Virus record (IMG/VR): IMGVR_UViG_3300042867_000160
Origin: an uncultured virus (IMG/VR IMGVR_UViG_3300042867_000160)
Taxonomy: Duplodnaviria > Heunggongvirae > Uroviricota > Caudoviricetes
Reading direction: 5' to 3' (one strand)
Length of the DNA: 20,000 nucleotides
How positions within the stretch are numbered: position 1 is the stretch's first letter; each line of letters begins with the position of its first letter. Both the position numbers and the translations under genes were made by a program. The notes under the pieces are model-generated. The model searched no databases. It was not told where the DNA came from and saw only the letters and a program-made list of their open reading frames with translations. Below, piece by piece: positions 1-7,433 of the stretch.

Positions 1-1238
1 ATCTGTGTAGGCATAGTTCCTGATTTGTAATATTCATCAACTAATGTTGATTGCTCATTACCCATTTCATCAAGATATATGAGCTTACCAATCTTTTTCT
101 TAGAGATCCAATAAGCTCTTACCACTACATACTTGTATCCAAATGAAGACACATTTGATGTAAGTCCCAAGAAGTCTTGTAAACCATCATCATTTTGTTT
201 CATCTCAGACTCAATCATCATACGTGTCTGAAGCACAAGAGGATCATATGTATCATATTGTACAGAGTCAATACCATTACCTGCATCTGGATTACCAAGG
301 TTAGACTCACGTACGTTAATTAAACCGTAGTCTTGTAGAGATGAACGTAAGTGATCTATTTCATCTTTAGTGATGTCAGGGATACTCTCAATAATTTCAG
401 AGAGTTCCATAACCTGTACAGTTCCTGCGGCATATGCACCCTGTGCACGTCCTGTTGGATCTGATACATATTTACGATCTGGCGTAGATAGGAACCAAGT
501 GTTCTTAGGATTGGCCACTTCAATATTATATCCCACCTTAGAGTTATCCTCATATATGTGATAGAATTCACGTGCAGAGATTAGCATATCTCTAAATGCA
601 TCTTCTGATTTCTCTTTGAGAACAAAGTCTGCTTTTTGACATGTTAATATATGGTTAGCCCATTTCTCTGCTACAGAAGTATATGAATCAAGTTCATCTT
701 GAACTTGTTCCATTGTCATTTGTTGAACTTGCTCTTCTTCTAATTGTTCTCCTGCTATAGCTGCTTTCTCAAGAATCTTTTGTTTAGCTTGATTTATTAC
801 ATATTCTTGGAGAATACCTGTCTTGAATTCTAGCTCTTCAGACTTACTATCATCATCAAATGCCTTAACACGAAATGCGTCTGGTCTCTTTGATATCTCA
901 CCAATAAGCTCATTTAAAGGAGTGGTGATAATTGAATACATTTTTACATACGCAGGAAGCTCTAGATTCTGCGTAAGCATATCTGTAAAACTTTTCACCT
1001 CAGGAACATCTTGGTAAAAGTCTTCCATACGAAGAATACCTTTAACAAGATCATAGTTCTTAACAAACGTATCTCTGTTTCTTACATACTCAGCATAGGA
1101 CTTATTAGCAAAATAGTCCATTGTATTTTTAATCCAACTTTCATCTTGTTTCTCTTTGTCAGTTTTAAACTGATCAGGAAAGATGTTTAAATAGGCATAC
1201 CTAATTGTTGCATCTTTTGTATATCTAATAATTGCCAT
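1..1238 (-). CDS. Portal protein, crAss-like (3' end runs off the window start)
   Basis: Not in the ORF track. The ATG at 1238-1236 overlaps the TerL stop (TAATG). The frame is open to the window edge: MAIIRYTKDATIRYAYLNIFPDQFKTDKEKQDESWIKNTMDYF...LPAYVKMYSIITTPLNELIGEISKRP...VVRAYWISKKKIGKL. Position directly after TerL and recalled similarity to crAss-like portals support the call. Confidence 0.85.
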   Translation of the reverse strand, partial: MAIIRYTKDATIRYAYLNIFPDQFKTDKEKQDESWIKNTMDYFANKSYAEYVRNRDTFVKNYDLVKGILRMEDFYQDVPEVKSFTDMLTQNLELPAYVKMYSIITTPLNELIGEISKRPDAFRVKAFDDDSKSEELEFKTGILQEYVINQAKQKILEKAAIAGEQLEEEQVQQMTMEQVQDELDSYTSVAEKWANHILTCQKADFVLKEKSEDAFRDMLISAREFYHIYEDNSKVGYNIEVANPKNTWFLSTPDRKYVSDPTGRAQGAYAAGTVQVMELSEIIESIPDITKDEIDHLRSSLQDYGLINVRESNLGNPDAGNGIDSVQYDTYDPLVLQTRMMIESEMKQNDDGLQDFLGLTSNVSSFGYKYVVVRAYWISKKKIGKLIYLDEMGNEQSTLVDEYYKSGTMPTQ

Positions 1239-3271
1239 TATGTAAACAGTTTATGTTTATGCTTTCCAGAACCAAATAGCCCTGATGATGATTGACCAAA
1301 TAATCTACTTTGTTTTTTAATAGAATACATTGCTTGTACTCTTCCATCTCCCTGCCCTCCTATTTTTCCCATAATAGGATCTAATTTCATAGCTAGTGCT
1401 ACAGCTAATTCAGCTGCAATGATACGGTCAAAGTTACCATCTTCATTATACTGAATCATTTCTTCTAAAAGAACAGGATCAAATATCTTAGCCATGCCCT
1501 TTGTTTCTTTTGTTATATTACCCTCTTCGTCTGTTTCTTTTAACAAAGTTTCCTCTGTATATTTCTTTAGACAATTGTGAAGAAAGTCCCTAATCTTTTC
1601 TGATGAACGATGTATACCATAGTCACGCCTCACGGTAGTATTTGGTACAATGTCCTTTAACCAATCTGGTTGTCTCTCTAAGTAATGTGCATCTCCCTTT
1701 GCAATCATGTAATCAATAAATGAAATCTCATCATTCTCACATAGAGCCCTTGCATTAAAATACTTTATCAACATTCTAGCTTGTTCATCCCACACTTCTT
1801 TTTTATCAGGACGTGCAACGTACGAAGCTACAAACATATCTTGATACTTTTCACCATTAATGGCATGCATCCTTTTATATATGTACACTGCTCCTAATGA
1901 TGTAGAATATGCAGACTTACCTTGACGGTATGGATCGACTCCTGCTACATATAATCCATAAGGAGGATTAGTAATTGGAAACTCATATATCACTATAGGA
2001 GCATCTTTAAGATCTGTATTCTTAAGAGGGAAGTTGGTGATGGGCAATTTGTCTGTAAACTCATGCTTTATACCATCGCCATCATCATATAGCACAACAG
2101 GTGTTCCAGTACGTTCTTCTTGTAAGAGTCTGGACTTTTGTCGTTTTGCTCCCTCTATATCAAATATATTAGAATCTTCATTTAAGAATATATCATCCAC
2201 TTCCTGTGGATAGTACATTTTCTCTTTTAAATAAGCAATTCTATCTCCTGCTTTTTTAAGTCTATCTAAGTTTTCATTAGTGATTTTTGTAGCCAGTTCT
2301 TCATTACTAACTAACATCTTTACATTATATAGCTCAGATTCTAATGGCTCATTTAAGTATTCACCAAGACTTGACTCTTCTTTGGCCTCCATCCTAAACT
2401 TATGAGAAATGAATAACCCATGTATCCTTGTCTCATCTTTAGCATTGTTATATTCTAGGAAGTTATAATTGGCTACATCGAACATTAAGCTTTTTGCATC
2501 CATAAACTTCTTCATATCCCCACCAGTTCCTGTAAGAATCGGTGAGCAACCCCAGCCAAAGGGTGTAGTGAAACCTGGAATAGCCGCTTGTAAACCTCGA
2601 AGGAAACTTCCTTTACCAATCTCATCTATAATTAATCTTCTAGGTTTTGTACCTGCAATTGCTTCTTCATTATTACCTTCATCAAGGTTACGTATAAGAA
2701 TCTGTGAGAAGGGAATACGTTCTCCTCCTCTTGTCTTTATTCCTAGCGTCACTTGCTTGGCCCAATTATCTTCTACACGTTGCCATCTCCAAGCTTCTGG
2801 TAAATAATTGAGCCCTTTATCTATCTTATCTGTAATAAGCTTTATATCGGGAGCATTTAGCCCTGAGATGATGTTCTGTGAGTTTTCATCAAACGTTGCC
2901 CCATGTGCCACGTATGATGCCTCTAGAACAGACTTAGCAAAACGTCTGATTCCAAGAATGATGAGCCCTTTCTTTTCTATCTGTGCTCTATCAATTTCAT
3001 TTGTAACAATCCACTCATTATCACGTAATGATGGATTGGCATACACTTGATTTATTCTTCCTCTATCATCTATAACATCCACCTCTGTATGCCATGCATT
3101 GAGATGCCAATATAGAAAAGGATTAATGTAAACTCCGCCCATCATACAGCCATTTGTGCACAGCTCCTCATGAAAGTCAAAGAACTCCTGATGCTCCGCA
3201 CTATCTGGTGTAGGTAGACGTTTCTGGTTCATCATCCAGTCCTTATAGTCTACATTATGTAATTTTATCAT
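1238..3271 (-). CDS. terL: Terminase large subunit
   Basis: 677 aa; Walker A-like GIRRFAKS, Walker B LIIDEIG, coupling-like motif LTGTGG, RNase H-like nuclease motifs AGVDPY and NFDRIIA; followed by the portal gene. Confidence 0.92.
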   Translation of the reverse strand: MIKLHNVDYKDWMMNQKRLPTPDSAEHQEFFDFHEELCTNGCMMGGVYINPFLYWHLNAWHTEVDVIDDRGRINQVYANPSLRDNEWIVTNEIDRAQIEKKGLIILGIRRFAKSVLEASYVAHGATFDENSQNIISGLNAPDIKLITDKIDKGLNYLPEAWRWQRVEDNWAKQVTLGIKTRGGERIPFSQILIRNLDEGNNEEAIAGTKPRRLIIDEIGKGSFLRGLQAAIPGFTTPFGWGCSPILTGTGGDMKKFMDAKSLMFDVANYNFLEYNNAKDETRIHGLFISHKFRMEAKEESSLGEYLNEPLESELYNVKMLVSNEELATKITNENLDRLKKAGDRIAYLKEKMYYPQEVDDIFLNEDSNIFDIEGAKRQKSRLLQEERTGTPVVLYDDGDGIKHEFTDKLPITNFPLKNTDLKDAPIVIYEFPITNPPYGLYVAGVDPYRQGKSAYSTSLGAVYIYKRMHAINGEKYQDMFVASYVARPDKKEVWDEQARMLIKYFNARALCENDEISFIDYMIAKGDAHYLERQPDWLKDIVPNTTVRRDYGIHRSSEKIRDFLHNCLKKYTEETLLKETDEEGNITKETKGMAKIFDPVLLEEMIQYNEDGNFDRIIAAELAVALAMKLDPIMGKIGGQGDGRVQAMYSIKKQSRLFGQSSSGLFGSGKHKHKLFT

Positions 3272-3600
3272 CCTCTATTTTTAAGAAACTTCTCTGCCTT
3301 TGAACTCATTCCAGCTCCACCTCTCACCTCAACCTTAGCTTCCTCCTTTTCACGCAACTTATCTACCACTTCTAGAAGAGCTAAATAGTTCTTCATTGTC
3401 TCCTGTATAAACTTACCTTGTGCTTCTATAGATGCAATAACCATAGGAAGAAGTCCACCTTTTCCTGTGGGTTTCCATTCAATCCTATCTACAAGTGTAT
3501 GCATTGGATGAGCATCAACATATTGCCTCCATGAAGCTAATTGTTCTTCAGCCCATTCAAGCTCTGTATTAATATATGTAGTTTTCTTTATTGCTGCCAT
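3268..3600 (-). CDS. Hypothetical protein directly upstream of TerL (possible small terminase subunit)
   Basis: 110 aa helical-looking ORF with an ATGA overlap onto terL. Function inferred from position only. Confidence 0.6.
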   Translation of the reverse strand: MAAIKKTTYINTELEWAEEQLASWRQYVDAHPMHTLVDRIEWKPTGKGGLLPMVIASIEAQGKFIQETMKNYLALLEVVDKLREKEEAKVEVRGGAGMSSKAEKFLKNRG

Positions 3601-3606
3601 GAGAGT

Positions 3607-3894
3607 TTAGTCGTTATCCTCGTCGTCTAGAATTGTATCTAGATTCATTCCTTCTTTTATAATCTTTTCAATCTGTGATTCTTCTACATAAGGTATTTTT
3701 GACATTAACCTTTCCTTATATGCATTGATTGAATTAAAAATCTGTTTATCTGTCTTGCTCCACAAATATGCACCATTGTATTCTGTAAGAGCGTTTTGTA
3801 AATGCTTTCCTAAAGCGTAATTAGGATAGGCTTCTTTAAGCTCTAATAAAACCTTAATGGTTTTCTCGTAATATTTATCTTCTATAAGGTTCAT
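3607..3894 (-). CDS. Hypothetical protein
   Basis: 95 aa ORF with acidic tail, tightly packed in the operon. Confidence 0.7.
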   Translation of the reverse strand: MNLIEDKYYEKTIKVLLELKEAYPNYALGKHLQNALTEYNGAYLWSKTDKQIFNSINAYKERLMSKIPYVEESQIEKIIKEGMNLDTILDDEDND

Positions 3895-4151
3895 ATAAGT
3901 TGGTTGAAATCTTCATCTGTTAATTTTGGAGATATATTGATTTCAATCTCATTATTATCACCATCTTCAAAATCATTGTCTAATTCAAAATTATCTATAG
4001 CTTCTTGATTGACATATTCTTCTGTAAATATAACAGAGATTCTGTTGTCTTTTTCTGAGGCTATTAAATCAATGAAATCAACACCTTTATTATACAAGTC
4101 CATAAAGACATCTATAATCTCATCAAGAGGAACCTTCTTTATAATAGCCAT
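3891..4151 (-). CDS. Acidic hypothetical protein (86 aa, start MAIIKKVPLDE)
   Basis: Start moved from 4211 to the ATG at 4151, which overlaps the upstream TAA (TAATG); ATGA overlap with the next gene. Confidence 0.7.
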   Translation of the reverse strand: MAIIKKVPLDEIIDVFMDLYNKGVDFIDLIASEKDNRISVIFTEEYVNQEAIDNFELDNDFEDGDNNEIEINISPKLTDEDFNQLI

Positions 4152-4444
4152 TATGACGTTTGTTTTTTTAATATGTCTTCTTCTTCCACTGTATCTATTA
4201 AAGGTAACCATTTTTCTCTAGGACATCCACAAGATAAACATGACGACTTTGCCTCTAGATTACATCCACAATCTGTACAATGTTCATCTGGCCTTAATGG
4301 CGTCTTGTGAAACTTAGAATGAAAAGGACATTCTGCACAAATGGCTAAACGCTCATTTCTAACATTACTAATTGTCACCTTCATATCACTAGAAGGAATA
4401 AGTAGGTTTTTATACCCCTCATAAATTTGTTTAAAATTAATCAT
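4151..4444 (-). CDS. Cys-rich putative Zn-binding protein (DUF6171-like)
   Basis: Pattern RLAICAECP...HCTDCGCNLEAK...CGCPREKW. Family name is from recall. Confidence 0.7.
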   Translation of the reverse strand: MINFKQIYEGYKNLLIPSSDMKVTISNVRNERLAICAECPFHSKFHKTPLRPDEHCTDCGCNLEAKSSCLSCGCPREKWLPLIDTVEEEDILKKQTS

Positions 4445-4790
4445 TATCGCTGTTTGTTGGTTTTAGCAATTTTAATTGATCTTTAGTTTTTGTGTATATA
4501 ACACCTGCTTTTTTTCTATATGCCTCTGTAGCATCTTCATCCATCATATCCTTCTCTGCTCTTTCTATCTTTGCTAAAAGAATCAATGTCTTTCTATCAG
4601 CCTTCTTCTCATTAAACACAAACTTACCAAATCCACTTATTTCTACACTAATATTAGAATCTAAAGCATCATTAGCTGCTTGGAATTGATGATTAATTAC
4701 AGCCTCAATCACCTTATTATTAATTGCCAACTTTACTGACAACGTTCTAATAAGAAAATCTTTAACAGACAATGATGCAGGTTTATTCAT
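4437..4790 (-). CDS. HU/IHF-like DNA-binding protein
   Basis: Two N-terminal helices followed by the HU/IHF signature VEISGFGKF; IHF-like genes are known in crAss-like phages. Confidence 0.75.
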   Translation of the reverse strand: MNKPASLSVKDFLIRTLSVKLAINNKVIEAVINHQFQAANDALDSNISVEISGFGKFVFNEKKADRKTLILLAKIERAEKDMMDEDATEAYRKKAGVIYTKTKDQLKLLKPTNSDND

Positions 4791-5145
4791 TATGTTCTAT
4801 TTTCATCTCTAGCGTAACATTGCTTGAGAATGGTAGAATAATAACTGAGTTCACCTTTATCTTACTTCCATCCTTAATAAACACCCCTATTTTCTTAAGC
4901 TTAGAGATGATGTTATTAATTGTAGGAGATGTAGAATTATATTTCTTACAGAAATCTTCTCTTATAGACGAATAAGAAATGTTACCTCGTATAGCTGTAA
5001 ATGCTACAAGCTGTATCTCTCTTTGTGTCAACTTTAAATCATTAATAGTAGACAATATAGAGTAATATTTCTCAGCCATAGAATAGTCATCCTCCACTTT
5101 ACGTAGGAACTTCTGGACTATCACCTTCTTATTAACCTTTTCCAT
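4783..5145 (-). CDS. Winged helix-turn-helix DNA-binding protein
   Basis: LTQREIQLVAF...SIREDFCKKYNSTSPTINNIISKLKKIGVFIK has MarR-like wHTH spacing; first gene of the leftward operon. Confidence 0.65.
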   Translation of the reverse strand: MEKVNKKVIVQKFLRKVEDDYSMAEKYYSILSTINDLKLTQREIQLVAFTAIRGNISYSSIREDFCKKYNSTSPTINNIISKLKKIGVFIKDGSKIKVNSVIILPFSSNVTLEMKIEHNE

Positions 5146-5605
5146 ATTTAGTTTGCAACAAATATATGTATTAATTCTGTAATATCAAATGTCTATAAAT
5201 ATGACATCGCTATATTATATATTAAATTTTGTATACATGAATGAAACAGTGATTATTAAAAGATGAACATCAAGTCTTTTCATACAGTAGTATTGTAAAT
5301 CTTTACTCCTAAATTCAAATCCTATCCCAAATTTAGAAGGACTATTTAAACGTATATTTATCATAATGTATATATTTATATATGGAGCCCCCCCTTATCC
5401 CCCCCAAAGGTGAGAAATCTTTTTTCAAATTCCAAAAAAAACTTTTCCCAAAATTTTATGCACCCCCCATATTGTTCATGTGCATGACTGTTTAGACCAT
5501 TCCTGATTGCAACCCCTACGGGAAATTGTCGAGTCGGGGTCATCCCCTGCCTTTGTCCATTGTAGCAAGTGCTACAATGTCCACACAATTTAAATTAAAG
5601 TAACC
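5146..5605. other. Non-coding strand-divergence region with poly-C tracts and hairpins
   Basis: 460 nt with no credible ORF between divergent gene blocks; C runs at about 5388-5394, 5399-5405 and 5463-5468; stems ACCCC/GGGGT (5512-5540) and CATTGTAGC-AAGT-GCTACAATG (5558-5579). Confidence 0.7.
5159..5189 (-). promoter_or_regulatory. Bacteroidota primary-sigma promoter (-33 TTTG / -7 TAnnTTTG)
   Basis: Minus strand reads TTTG (5189-5186), a 19-nt spacer, then TATATTTG (5166-5159), ending 13 nt before the ATG at 5145. Exact match to the Bacteroides/Flavobacterium consensus. Confidence 0.75.
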
Positions 5606-6160
5606 ATGGCTAACGAAGCTAAAACTGCAGAAGCAACTGCACCAACAAATGCAAATACAACAGCTGACGCTGTTATTGATGTTATAGTAGAAGAGGTTCC
5701 ACAAGTGGAGACTCTTGATGGCGCTGTATTTACAGTTCAAGCTAAAGACATCAATAGCAGTATTTATGTTGCTCCTCGTGATTTCTTTCACAATGAGCTT
5801 CGCAAAGACAACAAGCCTAATCCACTTGCAGGTCAGCAGTATTGGATTATTAATTACAATGGCATTGCATTTACCACAATGGATAAATCGTTTATTGATG
5901 CCAAGTCTAAATCTGATTTGTACGAGGTTAAATTAAAACGTACAGGTCAGTATTTAGAGCTCGTTAACTTTGAAACAATCAGCGGTAAGCGTAATACTGA
6001 TGCATTGTTAAAAGAGGTTAAAGCTATTGAATTAGACATGCGTGAAATGACTGCGTGGTCTAATAAAAGAATTGCAATGATTGGTGCTCTTGATGCTACT
6101 TCAGCACCTGCCGTCAATGAGGATTTGCGTGCTCAATTAATGGCTAACATTAATCAGTAA
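5606..6160 (+). CDS. Hypothetical protein, first rightward (putative early) gene
   Basis: 184 aa, A-rich leader, Ala/Thr-rich N-terminus, own downstream terminator-like hairpin. Confidence 0.8.
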   Translation: MANEAKTAEATAPTNANTTADAVIDVIVEEVPQVETLDGAVFTVQAKDINSSIYVAPRDFFHNELRKDNKPNPLAGQQYWIINYNGIAFTTMDKSFIDAKSKSDLYEVKLKRTGQYLELVNFETISGKRNTDALLKEVKAIELDMREMTAWSNKRIAMIGALDATSAPAVNEDLRAQLMANINQ

Positions 6161-6164
6161 CATT

Positions 6165-6201
6165 GAATAGAGAGAGCCTTCGGGCTTTCTCTTATTCTCT
6201 T
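6165..6201 (+). terminator. Probable intrinsic terminator
   Basis: GAATAGAGAGAGCC-TTCG-GGCTTTCTCTTATTC, a C(UUCG)G tetraloop hairpin 4 nt after the stop codon. The U-tract is weak. Confidence 0.7.
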
Positions 6202-6238
6202 GCCTTGTCAAATGCTTTGCATTTGTTCCTTACAGATT

Positions 6239-6459
6239 AGTATTGCTTACGCATATGATAGCGAGGTTCGGATGGTTATGGCGTAATACTCCACATGTTC
6301 ATGAAACTAATGCAATATTAACATTGTCTATTAGGAGAAAGTTAACTTTTATGGTAAAATAGCATTAGTTTGTTTGATTAAGTGGGTGTAAAAGAGTGGA
6401 CGCGTGAACAGTATGGTGATAATAACACTAAATCAGATGTGTTCATTATCATTGTTCAT
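6239..6459 (+). ncRNA. Candidate structured RNA (intergenic)
   Basis: Stems 6239-6246/6283-6290, 6304-6313/6362-6371 (10 bp perfect), and 6403-6410 pairing with either 6296-6303 or 6453-6459. Confidence 0.4.
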
Positions 6460-6499
6460 TAAATTATATAGCAATAACAACCTTTTAAACAATAAAGAC

Positions 6500-6631
6500 A
6501 TGATAGGATTCTTTAACTTAGAACATTGTGTGTTCTGTCATATTATATCTATTGGTGATGATGGACATATAACTATTAATGCTAATGGTTATGAATACAT
6601 TACATCTATGGATCAAATGATATTGTTGTAA
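6500..6631 (+). CDS. Small hypothetical protein (43 aa, MIGFFNLEHCVFCH...)
   Basis: Start reassigned to the ATG directly after the repeated leader. Confidence 0.55.
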   Translation: MIGFFNLEHCVFCHIISIGDDGHITINANGYEYITSMDQMILL

Positions 6632-6842
6632 TGAAATAACACCTATAAAACTGTATAATGTCACTAGTTGGTGTTCTTAGATCTAGATTACAACATTACA
6701 CATCTCACAGAATATATATAATCGTCAACTGTATGAATCACAATGCACGTTTGGGTTATATTATACATATGTGAGATGAATAAAGCCTAGAAGCGGGCTT
6801 CAGTAGAGATATAATGCGAAGTGAAACTCTACTATTTTTTTT
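6624..6842 (+). ncRNA. Candidate structured RNA ending in a terminator-like hairpin
   Basis: Stems 6624-6632/6687-6695 (9 bp) enclosing 6638-6643/6670-6675; 6701-6709/6770-6778 (9 bp); 6783-6787/6796-6800; 6802-6808/6827-6833 followed by a T run. Confidence 0.45.
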
Positions 6843-6864
6843 CAACCTTTTAAACAATAAAGAA

Positions 6865-7074
6865 ATGTATATTATACATAATAAGACTAGACAGACATCT
6901 TCAAATATTGATGGTCATTGGCCATTAGACTATCTTGAAAAGATGTTAGAGAAAGGTGACAGAATTATTGTCATCAGTCTTTATTCTAATACTATTAAAG
7001 TTCCATATCATGTGGATTATAATGGTGTTAAAGAATGGGAGTGGGAAAACTTTCCATTACTTAAATCGTATTAG
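6865..7074 (+). CDS. Small hypothetical protein (69 aa, MYIIHNKTRQ...)
   Basis: Start reassigned to the ATG after the second leader repeat. Confidence 0.65.
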   Translation: MYIIHNKTRQTSSNIDGHWPLDYLEKMLEKGDRIIVISLYSNTIKVPYHVDYNGVKEWEWENFPLLKSY

Positions 7075-7114
7075 TTCTCTATGGTTGTAGAGAATCCCTT
7101 CTATATTTCTGTGG

Positions 7115-7297
7115 GTTATCAGAAAGATTAATGCATCATAACTATCTTCCCAAGGGATAGCAATTGTAACAAAGATTGAAAGTATTCTACACATCTGTTT
7201 GGGCTCATATAAAATTGAGTACCTATTTGACCTAGCCCTTAGGCTCTGGTTTAGATGTTGTCATAGAGTGATTACAATTGAATGCAGAGGGGATAAC
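7115..7297 (+). ncRNA. Twister-ribozyme-like structured RNA with a long P5 insertion
   Basis: UAA-UGCA-UC...CUAUC-UUCCCAAGG-GAUAG-[CAAUUGUAA...UUACAAUUG]-AA-UGCA-GA-GGG follows the twister layout (P2, P4/L4, P5, T1 CCC/GGG, T2 UC/GG). P1 is weak and P4/L4 are non-canonical. Confidence 0.55.
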
Positions 7298-7433
7298 TAG
7301 ATGGCTTAAATAACCATTGAAAACTACATCATGCTCACAGACGTTAATGACTATTTTCGAAGATAGTTCGACTTAGAATGTATGTAGAAGTTTATTTTAC
7401 ATTGTATTTTCAAACCTTTTAAATAATATTCAA

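Larger units (their letters stand above)
6478..6863 (+). repeat. 21-nt exact direct repeat CAACCTTTTAAACAATAAAGA (6478-6498 and 6843-6863)
   Basis: Each copy is followed by one base and then an ATG (6500, 6865). Partial copies lie at 7413-7423 and 10232-10243, also before start codons. Confidence 0.85.

Noticed and set aside
356..3050. Track ORFs 356-571, 370-561, 823-1017, 2469-2807 and 2808-3050
   Set aside because: Antisense or off-frame shadows of the portal and terminase genes.
1238..3271. Introns or inteins in terL (also checked in PolB and helicase)
   Set aside because: Continuous ORFs of normal size with no intein or homing-endonuclease motifs.
5355..5385. dif-like CATAATGTATA (and ATAA-N6-TTAT at 16118-16131)
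   Set aside because: The XerD arm TTATGTTAAAT is not matched; too weak in AT-rich DNA.
5376..5588. 70-aa minus-strand ORF in the divergence region
   Set aside because: Runs through homopolymer tracts and hairpins and has atypical composition; probably spurious.
6250..6295. GGTTCG resembling a tRNA T-loop
   Set aside because: No T-stem, D-arm or acceptor stem; no cloverleaf. I found no tRNA in the window.
6478..6863. CRISPR array interpretation of the 21-nt repeat
   Set aside because: Only two full copies, 365 nt apart, each tied to a start codon; no cas genes.
6160..7430. Hammerhead ribozyme
   Set aside because: No intergenic CUGAnGA core paired with GAAA was found.
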